Of a stretch of 64,000 nucleotides of DNA, positions 1 through 9,737 are shown piece by piece. This stretch comes from a virus. Taxonomy: Duplodnaviria > Caudoviricetes. A program made the translations under genes and the position numbers. The stretch is taken from the IMG/VR virus record IMGVR_UViG_2700988923_000001, positions 5,865-69,864 of that record. One strand, 5' to 3'. The notes beneath the pieces are model-generated. The model did not search any database, was not told the origin of the DNA, and worked only from the letters and a program-made list of their open reading frames with translations. Positions within the stretch are counted from its first letter, which is position 1. Every line of letters starts with the position of its first letter.

Positions 1-351
1 CGCGACCACCTGCAGCGGCACGTCGTGCTTCTCGCACAGCTCGATCACCCGACCGAATATCCACGGCAGCACCCACGCGCCCTCGCCGCGAGCGCCGAAC
101 GCCAGGCTCTCCATCCCAACCGCGTCCGGCTTCTCGTCGCCCTCGAAACACCACTCGATCTGCTCGATGAGCGCGTTGACGCGGCGGGCCATCGCGCGCT
201 TGCTCTTGTCCTTGGTCGGCTTCGGAGCGCCGACCTTGGCGACGACGGCGACGTACGCGGCGAGCGGGTTGTCATCCTCCTCGATCGGTACCACGTCGAT
301 TCGAGCCAGGCCGGTCGCGGTGAGCGACGTGTCGATGCCGAGGATTCGCAT
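1..351 (-). CDS. RuvC-like Holliday junction resolvase (3' end truncated by window)
   Basis: Not in ORF track; manual translation from ATG at 351: MRILGIDTSLTATGLA...VGMESLAFG, with RuvC ILGID and acidic motifs. Confidence 0.85.
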   Translation of the reverse strand, partial: MRILGIDTSLTATGLARIDVVPIEEDDNPLAAYVAVVAKVGAPKPTKDKSKRAMARRVNALIEQIEWCFEGDEKPDAVGMESLAFGARGEGAWVLPWIFGRVIELCEKHDVPLQVVA

Positions 352-357
352 GGCGCG

Positions 358-386
358 AGCTTACCCGCCGACGTCGGGATAGTCGA
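358..386 (-). promoter_or_regulatory. SigA-like promoter of ruvC-like gene with dyad in spacer
   Basis: - strand TCGACT-N17-TAAGCT-N6-ATG; contains TTACCCG-N7-CGGGATA dyad. Confidence 0.55.
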
Positions 387-400
387 GGTACACTGCCGAC

Positions 401-802
401 ATGACCCTCCTCGTTCTCGGCGTCTACGTGCTCGCCGTCATGCGCCTGACCCGGCTGATCAACTCGGACACGATCTTGGACCGTCCGCGCCTCGCGATCA
501 TTACCCGAGCGCGGGCGAGCCGGATGGACGCGAACGAGGCTCGCGCCCTCGGCCAGGACGTCCGCGCGACCCTGTTGGAGCGCCGGGCGCGACGGTGGGC
601 GGCGGCGATGTACTGGGTGCAGTGCCCCTGGTGCGTCGGCATGTGGATCGCGCTGGCCTCGGCGATTGCTCCCGTTCTGATCCTCGGCTGGCACTGGGCG
701 ACGTTCCTGCCCGTCGCGCTCGGAACGTCGCATCTGGTCGGGGTCTGCGCTCGGTTCGCGGACACCGAGGAGATGGCTGTGGTCGAGGATGATGACCAGT
801 AG
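401..802 (+). CDS. Membrane protein (DUF1360-like)
   Basis: Hydrophobic segments, RLTRLI..D and CPWCVGMW motif. Confidence 0.7.
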   Translation: MTLLVLGVYVLAVMRLTRLINSDTILDRPRLAIITRARASRMDANEARALGQDVRATLLERRARRWAAAMYWVQCPWCVGMWIALASAIAPVLILGWHWATFLPVALGTSHLVGVCARFADTEEMAVVEDDDQ

Positions 803-828
803 CACGCTCGCCGGATAACCTGACCCGT

Positions 829-2694
829 ATGGCCCCGTCGACCTTGCGCATCGTTCGCCGCCCCAAGGGCGCTCCGGCGCAGTCCTTGACGGCGGCGTCG
901 CAGCCGATCGAAGACCCCCAGAAGATCAAGGGCAACATCAACGGCCTGCTCCGCACCACGTGGCAAGCCGAGGCCTGGGACATGCTCGACCTGGTGGGTG
1001 AGCTGCGGTACTACGTCGGCTGGCGCGCGTCGAGCTGCAGCCGGGTACGGCTGGTCGTCTCCGAGCTTGACGACGACGGCACCCCGACCGGCGGTATCGC
1101 CGAGGACAACCCCGACCGGCAGAAGCTCATCGAGATCGGGCGCGCGATCGCTGGCGGTCGCCTCGGGCAGTCGCAGCTGGTGAAGCGGCTGGTGGAGTGC
1201 TTGACGGTCCCCGGCGAGTCCTACATCGCCATCCTCCTCCGCGACGACGGCGAGCACTGGCTGGCCCTGACCCGCGAGGAGTGGAAGTCCAAGCCGGGCG
1301 GCGGCACCGACATCGAGATGCCCGACGGCACGATGCACGAGTACGTCAAGGGCGTCGACCGGCTGTTCCGCGTATGGAACCCCCGGCCTCGCCGTGCCAA
1401 GGAACCCGACTCGCCGGTACGCGCGTGCCTCGACCCGCTCCGCGAGATCGTTCGCACGACTAAGAAGATCAAGAACGCGAGCAAGTCCCGTCTCATCGGC
1501 AACGGCGTCGTGTTCCTGCCGCAGGAGATGTCGCTGCCCGCTGCGCAGGCTCCGCTCGCCGCCGGAAAGCCGGGCGACCCCGCTCCGGTGTTTTCGGGTG
1601 CCGCCGGAGCCGAGCAGCTGAGCGACCTGCTCTACAACGTCGCCAAGGTCGCCGTCGATGACGAGGACTCGCAGGCAGCGTTCATCCCGATCTTCGCGAC
1701 CGTCCCCGGCGAGCACCTGCAGAAGGTGAACCACCTCAAGTTCGGCAACGAGATCACCGAGGTGGAGATCAAGACGCGCAACGACGCCATCGCGCGGCTC
1801 GCGATGGGCCTCGACGTGTCGCCGGAGCGGCTGCTGGGTCTCGGCTCCAACTCCAACCACTGGTCGGCGTGGCAGATCGGCGACGAAGATGTGCAGCTGC
1901 ATATCAACCCCGTCATGGAGACCATCTGCCAGTTCATCAACGACCAGGTGCTCAAGCGCGTGTTCGAGGACATGGGTCTGGACCCGTCCAAGTACGTGCT
2001 CTGGTATGACGCTTCGCAGCTCACGATCGACCCCGACAAGTCGGATGAGGCGACCGAGGCGCACGACCGGGGCGCGATCACCTCCGAGGCCTACCGCAAG
2101 TACCTCGGTCTCGGCGATGAGTCCGGCTACGACCTCGACAGCATCGACGGCTGGAAGCAGCTCGCGCAGGACATCGTGGCGAAGAACCCCGAGATGATCA
2201 CGACGTGGGCACCGCTGATCGACGCGCTTGAAGGGGTCGAGTTCCCGCAGCCGGTCACCGCGCTGCCTCCCGGCAACGAGGAGAACCCCGAGGGCGAACC
2301 CGAGGGTCAGAGCACCGAGGGCGAAGAACCCGACACTGAGGAGAGCAGCGAGCAGGCCGCAATCACGGCCCGCGTGCACTCGTCGGCGGAGTGGGTGCTG
2401 GCGGAGCGGCTACTGGTGGCCCGCGCGCTCGAACTCGCCGGGAAGCGCCGCGTCAAGACGTACGACCACGACCAGCGGGCGCGGCTGTCGAGCTACCCGG
2501 CGCACCGCTGGCATCGGATGCTGCCGCCGGTCGCCGAACAAGACATCCCCCGCCTCATCAACGGCTGGGACTCCGCATTGGAAGATCACGCGATCTCGCT
2601 GCTTGGGGTCGACACCGAACAGCTCCGCGCTCACGTTCGGGCTGAGATTTACCGCGAGCTGACCCGTCCAGTAGTCGACGCCGAGGTGGTGTGA
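829..2694 (+). CDS. Portal protein
   Basis: 621 aa; WQAEAW...GELRY and NHWSAWQI motifs; first large head gene. Confidence 0.85.
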   Translation: MAPSTLRIVRRPKGAPAQSLTAASQPIEDPQKIKGNINGLLRTTWQAEAWDMLDLVGELRYYVGWRASSCSRVRLVVSELDDDGTPTGGIAEDNPDRQKLIEIGRAIAGGRLGQSQLVKRLVECLTVPGESYIAILLRDDGEHWLALTREEWKSKPGGGTDIEMPDGTMHEYVKGVDRLFRVWNPRPRRAKEPDSPVRACLDPLREIVRTTKKIKNASKSRLIGNGVVFLPQEMSLPAAQAPLAAGKPGDPAPVFSGAAGAEQLSDLLYNVAKVAVDDEDSQAAFIPIFATVPGEHLQKVNHLKFGNEITEVEIKTRNDAIARLAMGLDVSPERLLGLGSNSNHWSAWQIGDEDVQLHINPVMETICQFINDQVLKRVFEDMGLDPSKYVLWYDASQLTIDPDKSDEATEAHDRGAITSEAYRKYLGLGDESGYDLDSIDGWKQLAQDIVAKNPEMITTWAPLIDALEGVEFPQPVTALPPGNEENPEGEPEGQSTEGEEPDTEESSEQAAITARVHSSAEWVLAERLLVARALELAGKRRVKTYDHDQRARLSSYPAHRWHRMLPPVAEQDIPRLINGWDSALEDHAISLLGVDTEQLRAHVRAEIYRELTRPVVDAEVV

Positions 2695-5204
2695 TGTTTC
2701 CCGAACCGGGCGAGGCCATCAACCGGACCATCGAGGCGGAGGCGGCGTTGGCCGACCTTTACGCCGAGGCGTTGAATCAGTGGGTTGCTGAGACCGCCGG
2801 ATACGTGCTCCCAGAGCTTCCGACTTTGACTGCCGCGACCTTGCCGCCGGACCCGAATGCCGTAGTAGAAACGTCGGGGCGATGGGATCAGCTTGCGGAG
2901 ACGCTGATCCTATCGGGTCTCGTAGGGATATTTGCTCTATCAATTTTCGAGGCCGCATCCGCCCTGGATATAGAACTGCCCTCGGCGAGTCTCGGCGCGT
3001 CGCGAGCGCGTGAATTGCCCGACGTCGTTGTGAAGTCTCTCGTGCGGACGACTGAGGCGACCGTGGAGGAGATCGAGCGCGCGTGGGAGATCGTGCAGGG
3101 CGACCCCCACCTCAAGCAGGCCTGTGACGACTTCATCGAGACGCAGCGCCCGACCGTCGCCGCGACGCCGAGCATCATGAGCGCCAAGGTCCAGTCCGCA
3201 ATGGATCACTCGATCCGTACCGCCCCGGCTCCGACCGCCGACACGCCGGAGCCGACGGTCACCGTCGTCATCGAGCGGCAGCGCGAAGCCGTGGCGGAGG
3301 TGATGACGCCGGGCAGCCAGGCGGTGCGCGACGTCTCCCGCAATCAGGGGTACCAAGCGGCGGGCGTCCAGAACGCGGCGGTCATCACGGCAGCCGCGCT
3401 GAGCGAGGATGCCGACGAACTCGACAAGGTATGGATCGCGACGATTGACGGGCGAACGCGCCCGACCCACTTCGCCGCCGACGGCCAGCGCGCACCCCTC
3501 GCCGGTAGTTTCACCGTAGGCGGAACGCACCTCGCGTACCCCGCCGACCCGACCGGCCCGGCGGCGGAGGTCAAGAACTGCCGTTGCAGGGTCGGCATCC
3601 TGGCCCAGGATGAACCGCTGCCCAGCGAGGTCGACCGCCACACTGAGCGGCTTTCGGGCCGGGATGCAACGGCGCGCAACCGCGTCGGCTCTCAAGCTGA
3701 CGAGATCGAGCGCCGGGCGGAGCGCGGCACTGTCCGCGCCCGTGACGATGAAGATGGGATTGGCAGGACGGCTGCCGGACCCCCGACCGAGGAGCACGAC
3801 ATGGCCGTTGGCAAGTCCAACAAGTTCGAGCACGATCAGGTCGGGTCCGCGCCGAACTCGACCCTCGCGACCGAGGAAAGCGACGGCGGCGAGGAGCAGA
3901 GCGAGACGTTCCGCACCTTCACCGACAGCGTGATCGCGCTGCTGGGCGTGTCGACCTCCGACGACCGGATGATCGCCAAGGACGTCGAACTCAGCTTCCG
4001 CTCGTTCCCTCACCCGCTCATGTGGATGAAGCAGACCGGCTCCGGCTACGGCGGGCACACCGAGGCCTTCACCGTCGGCGCGATCGAGTCGGCCCGTATC
4101 GACGGCGACAAGGTGTACGGCTCCGGCTACCTGCTGAACACGCCCGAGGCCGATGAGGCGGCGGGCGAGCTGAGCCACAAGGTCACCGCGCCGTCCGTCG
4201 ACCTCGCGCAGACTCAGTGGAAGCTGGTCGATGAGGACGGCAAAGAGATCACCGAGGAGGAATGGTGGGACTTGCCCATCGACGCCAAGGTGCTGCAGTG
4301 CATCACCGCAGCCGAGCTGATCGGCACGACCCTCGTGGCAAAGCCTGCTTTCGGCGACACCTCGATCACCCTCAACGCCGAGCGCGAAAGCCGCGACATC
4401 GCCATCGTCGCCAGCGCGGCTGAGGAGTTCCGGCCTCGGGTGTACCCGGCGGAGATGTTTGCCGCGCCGGGCCTGACCGAGCCGACGCTGCCGACGATGG
4501 ACCCCGAGACCGGGCGCATTTACGGCCACCTCGCCTGCTTCGGCGCGTGCCACCGGTCGATTCAGTCCAAGTGCGTCATGGCTCCCAAGTCGCCGTCCGA
4601 CTACGCGCACTTCCACACGTCGCCCGCCGTCCGGCTGGACGACGGGCGGAGCCTGCCGGTGGGTCGGCTGACCGTCGGGACCGGCCACGCGCCGGACCAT
4701 GTGAACGGTCGGGTCGCCGCTGCCCACTACGACAACACCGGTGCCTGCTTCGCGCTGGTGCGGGTGTATGAGACCGAGGTCGGTATTGAGTTCTCCGGCG
4801 TGGCGCACCCGCAGGCGACGCCGGAGCAGGTCGAGATGGGTATCACCGCCCCGCTGTCGGGCGATTGGCGCGACTTCGGCCAGGGCCTCGAACTGGTGGC
4901 CGCGCTCGCCGTCAACACGCCCGGCTTCGCTGCTCGCGGTCGCGAGGATTCGCTGGGTCGCCCGGTGGCGCTGGTCGCGTCGCTCGGTCCCGCCCCGGAG
5001 ACCTCGGCTCAGGGACGGGCCGCGCTCACCGCCGAGGGCATCGCCGAGATCGTGGAGGCGGCGTTCGAGCGGGCGACGACCAAGGCCGCTCGCAAGGCGG
5101 AGGCCGATGGCCTGCTGGCAGCGGCGGCGTCCAAGGTCGGCGTACCCCCGCCCGAGCCGGAGCCGGTCGATGAGGTCGAGGCTCTGCTGGCGAGGGCGCG
5201 CTGA
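2691..5204 (+). CDS. MuF-like minor capsid / capsid maturation protease fusion
   Basis: KVWIATIDGRTRPTH...NCRC MuF signature followed by protease-like domain; lies between portal and capsid. Confidence 0.8.
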   Translation: MMFPEPGEAINRTIEAEAALADLYAEALNQWVAETAGYVLPELPTLTAATLPPDPNAVVETSGRWDQLAETLILSGLVGIFALSIFEAASALDIELPSASLGASRARELPDVVVKSLVRTTEATVEEIERAWEIVQGDPHLKQACDDFIETQRPTVAATPSIMSAKVQSAMDHSIRTAPAPTADTPEPTVTVVIERQREAVAEVMTPGSQAVRDVSRNQGYQAAGVQNAAVITAAALSEDADELDKVWIATIDGRTRPTHFAADGQRAPLAGSFTVGGTHLAYPADPTGPAAEVKNCRCRVGILAQDEPLPSEVDRHTERLSGRDATARNRVGSQADEIERRAERGTVRARDDEDGIGRTAAGPPTEEHDMAVGKSNKFEHDQVGSAPNSTLATEESDGGEEQSETFRTFTDSVIALLGVSTSDDRMIAKDVELSFRSFPHPLMWMKQTGSGYGGHTEAFTVGAIESARIDGDKVYGSGYLLNTPEADEAAGELSHKVTAPSVDLAQTQWKLVDEDGKEITEEEWWDLPIDAKVLQCITAAELIGTTLVAKPAFGDTSITLNAERESRDIAIVASAAEEFRPRVYPAEMFAAPGLTEPTLPTMDPETGRIYGHLACFGACHRSIQSKCVMAPKSPSDYAHFHTSPAVRLDDGRSLPVGRLTVGTGHAPDHVNGRVAAAHYDNTGACFALVRVYETEVGIEFSGVAHPQATPEQVEMGITAPLSGDWRDFGQGLELVAALAVNTPGFAARGREDSLGRPVALVASLGPAPETSAQGRAALTAEGIAEIVEAAFERATTKAARKAEADGLLAAAASKVGVPPPEPEPVDEVEALLARAR

Positions 5205-5422
5205 TGGGCTGCCGTTGCGGCGGGGGCGCAGGTTCCGGCCAGACTCAAGCCGACATTGTGGGGTACCGCGCGTACCTGCCGGACGGGACCGTTCTGCCTC
5301 CGCTTGAGGAGCCGCCGTTCTTCCAGTACCGCGAGGCGCACACCGAGGTGCTTTTGGCTGGTGGCGGGGTCACTCGCGTCATCCGGCGCTCGGAGCAGCC
5401 CGCCGAGGAGACGGCTGTCTGA
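5204..5422 (+). CDS. Small hypothetical head-region protein
   Basis: 72 aa MGCRCGG..., TGATG-coupled to upstream gene. Confidence 0.65.
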   Translation: MGCRCGGGAGSGQTQADIVGYRAYLPDGTVLPPLEEPPFFQYREAHTEVLLAGGGVTRVIRRSEQPAEETAV

Positions 5423-5534
5423 ACAGTGCGTGCACGGTCGCCGTCTACGTTTCTCAGCAGAGAGTTCCTGATCTGAGCTATGTGCCGGGGCGCGCTCGCC
5501 GAAACAACGAATGACACGAACCGAGGAGTCCGCA

Positions 5535-7382
5535 GTGACTATCCAGAAGCCGTACGCGCGTCATCGCGTGTTCAGCGTCGTCAACGTCGGCCAGTTCGCG
5601 GCACGTCAGGGCTTCACCATGCCCGAGACCCTGCCGGAGACGGTGGCCGAGCTTGAGCCGCTGCTCGCTGCGGCCCGCGCTGAGGTCAACGTCTACCAGG
5701 CGCAGCACGCCGCTGGCCGGGAACTGTCCGGCGAGGACATCGAGGCCATGCGTGGTCTGCTCGCCGAGGGCGGGTTCTTGGACCAGTTGGAGGCCGCGCT
5801 GGCGACCGCTCAGGCTGCCGAGGCGGATCACTCCGCCGAGATCAGCGGCCTGCTCAGCCGCGCTGCCGGTTCCGGCGGTCAGGCTCCGCCTGCCGAGGGC
5901 GATTCCGCCGGGCAGGATGACGCGGAGGCTGACGAGACCGAGGGCGACGGCGGAGAGGGCGCGGAAGCACCCGAAGGCGCGCAGGAGGAGCAGCGGGAAC
6001 TCGTTACCGCTGGTGCTCCGCCCGCGACCGGCGCGCAGCGTCCGATCGCCTTCACCAGCACCGGCAACGACACCATCCCCGGCCACGAGGTCTCCGAGCG
6101 CACCCCCGGCTGGAACATGCACCCCGGTGCCCCCGGCTACCGCGCCGGTATGGGACAGGTCGGGTTCGCCGACATCGCCCGGTCTCTGGACTCGATTCGG
6201 CCCGGCTCGCGCGCCTCGATGCGCCCGAACCGGCCCAACAAGGTCCAGGACGGTCGCGAGTACGCCCGTCAGGTGGTCTCGACCCTCGACCGCAACGTGC
6301 AGGTGGTCGATGACCCGCACGCGCTGGTCGCCGCGATCACCGAGGCCACGAAGTCGGGCAACCTCGTTCGCCCGACGTTCGACAAGGACACTGGGAGCCT
6401 GACGGCTGCCGGTGGCTGGTGCGCCCCGTCGGAGCAGCTGTACGACTTCTGCGACGTGCCGGACGCGACCGACCTGATCTCGCTGCCCGAGATCACGATC
6501 AACCGTGGCGGCATCCGCTGGCCGGTCGAGCCTGATCTGTCGGAGATTTTCGAGGAGTTCGAGTGGTTCTTCACCGAACAGCAGCTCGAAGCGACCGACG
6601 TTGACGGCAACCCGACCGCGATCAAGACGTGCGTCGAGGTGCCCTGCACCGACGAGTTCGAGGAGATTCGCCTCAACGCGGTCGGCTGGTGCGTCGAGGC
6701 GGGCATTCTGCAGGTCCAGGGCTGGCCGGAGCTGGTCGAGTGGTTCATGCGCAACCTCACGCAGGAGCACCTGCGCGCGCTGAGCCGCCGGACCATCCTC
6801 GACATGGTGGCCGGGTCCGGCGCGGAGATCGTCATCCCGGCGACCTCCACGATGGGCGCGATGGCCTCCGTGCTGAACTCGCTGTCGTTGGTCGCGACCA
6901 ACATCCGCCTCAAGCGGGGTCTGTCGCGCACCGCCACGATCGAGGGCGTGGCCCCGTCGTGGTTCCACGAGGTCATCCGCGCCGACATCGCGATGCGGGC
7001 GGGCGGCGTCGAGGTGTTCTCGGTGACCGACGCGCAGATCGACGCGGCCTTGCGGGCGCGCAACCTGTCGCTGCAGTTCGTGGGCGACTGGCAGACCCGC
7101 GCTGCGGACCTGCCGGGCAACCTCGCGACCACCACGTGGCCGGACACGGTGAACGTCCTGCTGTACCCGGCGGGTACCTGGTTCCGCTCGATGAGCAACG
7201 TCATCGAGCTGGGCGTGATGTACCCGAAGGAGCAGCTGCAGGTCAACCGCTTCACGCGGATGTTCACTGAGGATGCCATCGCCGTCGGCAAGCGCTGCGG
7301 CGAGTCGGTGAACGTCAAGCTGACGCTCGACGTCTCCGGCGCGACCGGTGAGCTGCAGCGCCGGACCAACCTGGCAGCGTAA
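5535..7382 (+). CDS. Major capsid (hexamer) protein with N-terminal scaffold-like domain
   Basis: GAGGAG RBS before GTG 5535; helical/acidic N-terminus then AAGGWCAPSE..YD and RGGI capsid motifs. Confidence 0.85.
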   Translation: MTIQKPYARHRVFSVVNVGQFAARQGFTMPETLPETVAELEPLLAAARAEVNVYQAQHAAGRELSGEDIEAMRGLLAEGGFLDQLEAALATAQAAEADHSAEISGLLSRAAGSGGQAPPAEGDSAGQDDAEADETEGDGGEGAEAPEGAQEEQRELVTAGAPPATGAQRPIAFTSTGNDTIPGHEVSERTPGWNMHPGAPGYRAGMGQVGFADIARSLDSIRPGSRASMRPNRPNKVQDGREYARQVVSTLDRNVQVVDDPHALVAAITEATKSGNLVRPTFDKDTGSLTAAGGWCAPSEQLYDFCDVPDATDLISLPEITINRGGIRWPVEPDLSEIFEEFEWFFTEQQLEATDVDGNPTAIKTCVEVPCTDEFEEIRLNAVGWCVEAGILQVQGWPELVEWFMRNLTQEHLRALSRRTILDMVAGSGAEIVIPATSTMGAMASVLNSLSLVATNIRLKRGLSRTATIEGVAPSWFHEVIRADIAMRAGGVEVFSVTDAQIDAALRARNLSLQFVGDWQTRAADLPGNLATTTWPDTVNVLLYPAGTWFRSMSNVIELGVMYPKEQLQVNRFTRMFTEDAIAVGKRCGESVNVKLTLDVSGATGELQRRTNLAA

Positions 7383-7404
7383 GGCCGCTCGGTAACAGCA
7401 GACT

Positions 7405-7453
7405 GAGGGCGAGTGTCGTGAGCAACCCGAGGCCGCTCACGGCGCTCGCCCTC
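7405..7453 (+). terminator. 19-bp stem-loop between the two capsid genes
   Basis: GAGGGCGAGTGTCGTGAGC / GCTCACGGCGCTCGCCCTC with G-U pairs; no U-tract. Confidence 0.55.
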
Positions 7454-7484
7454 GCTGTGCATCTAGACCTGGGAGGATGACACC

Positions 7485-8291
7485 ATGACCGCACCCGTCT
7501 TGCTGCCGCTGCAGTTCGAGCCGCCGTTGCAGAACCCGTCGCCGTACGGGCTGTTCGCGGCGACCGACTGGCAGGTGCCCGCCGAGGTCGGCGACTCGAC
7601 CGAGGGCGACGCCGTACGGCACCTCAACGGTGTCGACTTCCGGCCCGTTGGCAACTACGGCGGGGAGGAGCAGTCCGGTCTCTGGCCGAACGACTCGTGC
7701 GTCACCGGTGCCGTCCCGACCCCCGGCCTCAAGAAAGAGGGTCTGCGGCCCGAAGGCCTCGACACGTTCGACCCGACCGTTGTCTGGGCCTACGACGAGT
7801 GCGATCTGACTGAGCCGTCGCGGCGCGAGGTTCGGGCGCGGGCGGCGCAGATTCTCCGCTTGGAGGAACAGGTCAAGGTCGAGCGCGAGCTGGCGGCGCG
7901 GATGCTGGTCGACGCCGGGGTGATCTCCCAGACCGCCGTGACCCTCGCTCAGGCGGTCGGGTACTTGGAGGCGCAGATGGCGCTGACCAGCACCGTCGGG
8001 TTCTTCCACATCGGCGCTCAGTGGGTCGCTCAGGACATGGACCTGTTCATCAAGGCGGGCACCGCGTACCGCTCGCCGCTCGGCCACCTGTGGGTGATCG
8101 GGGGCGGCTACGTGGACGGCCTTGAGGACACCATCGTGGCGACCTCGCCGACGTACGGGTGGCGGGATGACCCGACCGTGCGTGAGGCCATCGAGGAGCG
8201 TCACAACACGTTTGTGGCGGTCGCTGAGCGTACCGTCACGGTCGGGTACGAACACCTGATCGCCGCCGTCACCATCGACACCACGCCGTAG
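7485..8291 (+). CDS. Second capsid protein (putative pentamer protein)
   Basis: 268 aa after major capsid, GGGAGG RBS; PYGLF and VAERT motifs; cluster B synteny. Confidence 0.7.
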   Translation: MTAPVLLPLQFEPPLQNPSPYGLFAATDWQVPAEVGDSTEGDAVRHLNGVDFRPVGNYGGEEQSGLWPNDSCVTGAVPTPGLKKEGLRPEGLDTFDPTVVWAYDECDLTEPSRREVRARAAQILRLEEQVKVERELAARMLVDAGVISQTAVTLAQAVGYLEAQMALTSTVGFFHIGAQWVAQDMDLFIKAGTAYRSPLGHLWVIGGGYVDGLEDTIVATSPTYGWRDDPTVREAIEERHNTFVAVAERTVTVGYEHLIAAVTIDTTP

Positions 8292-8302
8292 AGGAGAGAC
8301 CG

Positions 8303-8968
8303 ATGCCCACTGGAATCATCGCCACCGTCGATGACGGCTACGCGATCGTTGACTTCGTGGACCCCGCGCTGCGCGGTCCTGGCCTGCAGGCCGTGATCGA
8401 CATCGCCGGTCCCCACGCCATCGAGACCATTACCCGCAAGGGTCCGCGTCGCCAGTACAAGATGCTGGTCGGCAACGCCGAGGCGGCAGGCCTCCTCGAT
8501 GGGGATGAGTCGGGGCGGCTGCGCACCGCCGGTCCCGATCTCGGCGCGGCGGCTGCGCTGGTCGCCGCCGACCCGAACGTCAACCCCGGCGCGGACAATG
8601 CCGACTGGCACACGCCGTACGACGAGTACACCAGCGCCAACAAGTACGTCGGCACCACGACCGTCACCGCAGCTCGCGCGGCCTCCGACCCGGCCTACAC
8701 CGGTCGAGCCAACGCGATCGGCGGCACCAACGCGGGCGATACCCCGACTCACAAGCAGGTCATCGAGCACGTCAAGACGGCGCACCCCGAAGGCGGATTC
8801 GTCGGGTCGACGCCGGGCGGCGAGCCGATCTATCCCGACGGCGAGCCGTCGCTGGAATGGACCCGCGCTCAGCTCGATGCGTACGCGGCGGCGATGACGC
8901 CGCCGATCGACACCACCGGCCTGGCGAACAAGCAGGCCGTGCTCGACGCCATCGCCGCCAACCAGTGA
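8303..8968 (+). CDS. Virion-associated hypothetical protein
   Basis: GAGGAG RBS; C-terminal WTRAQLDAYA...KQAVLDAI small helical domain. Confidence 0.65.
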   Translation: MPTGIIATVDDGYAIVDFVDPALRGPGLQAVIDIAGPHAIETITRKGPRRQYKMLVGNAEAAGLLDGDESGRLRTAGPDLGAAAALVAADPNVNPGADNADWHTPYDEYTSANKYVGTTTVTAARAASDPAYTGRANAIGGTNAGDTPTHKQVIEHVKTAHPEGGFVGSTPGGEPIYPDGEPSLEWTRAQLDAYAAAMTPPIDTTGLANKQAVLDAIAANQ

Positions 8969-8979
8969 GGACAGGTGTA

Positions 8980-9387
8980 ATGACCAGTAATGACCCCGTA
9001 CCGGCGGGAGGCCTCCGAGGTCGACTGCAGCTGCTCATCCCCGCGTCGTGGCGCGAAGGCTGGTATCGCATCGCCTCCGGCGGCGTGATGTTCCTGTTGG
9101 CGTTTGGCCTCCTCGACGCCAACGAGGCCGCGCTGTGGACCCAGTTCGGCGTCGGCCTGGTGACGCTGATCTTCGCCCTGATCTACGCCTACACCCCGGC
9201 CCGCGTGGCTCTGTATGCGTTCCTCGGCGTCGGCGGGTCGGTGCTGCTGTATTACGGCATCGTCACGGACGTCCGTTGGGCCTTGATCACTGCCGCCGTC
9301 GCTCAGGCTTTCGGTATCGCTACCGCAGCCGCCAAGACGGTCACGGTCGATGGTTCCAGCGGCCAAGTGGTCTCCCACCGGGCGTAA
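8980..9387 (+). CDS. Multi-pass membrane protein (holin candidate)
   Basis: About 4 hydrophobic helices; ATG 8980 after GAGGACAGG. Confidence 0.65.
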   Translation: MTSNDPVPAGGLRGRLQLLIPASWREGWYRIASGGVMFLLAFGLLDANEAALWTQFGVGLVTLIFALIYAYTPARVALYAFLGVGGSVLLYYGIVTDVRWALITAAVAQAFGIATAAAKTVTVDGSSGQVVSHRA

Positions 9388-9392
9388 GTCCG

Positions 9393-9737
9393 GTGACGAA
9401 CCCGTGGGACGGTCCAAGGCACCGTTCGTGGGCATCAAACACGATGCTCACGTTCATCCTGCTCTTGGTCTGCATCGCGGCCACCGTGACGACAGACATC
9501 ATCGGTGAGCCGCCTGCCTATCTCGTGGGCCTCCTCGGCACCGCTGCCGGGGCGTTCTTCACCGCCATCGGCTCCGACAAGCAGAAGCGCGACGCTGACG
9601 TGCGGGAGACCGCCGTGGAGGCTAAGAAGGTCGCCGAGCGCGCGGAGACCAAGGCCGACTCGCTGGGCGAGATCGCCGAGCGAGATCACCCCGGCGAGTT
9701 GCCGACACCACCGTTCGAGGGCGGTGGTGACAGGTGA
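9393..9737 (+). CDS. Membrane protein, 2 TM plus charged tail
   Basis: MLTFILLLVCIAATV and YLVGLLGTAAGAFF segments. Confidence 0.6.
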   Translation: MTNPWDGPRHRSWASNTMLTFILLLVCIAATVTTDIIGEPPAYLVGLLGTAAGAFFTAIGSDKQKRDADVRETAVEAKKVAERAETKADSLGEIAERDHPGELPTPPFEGGGDR

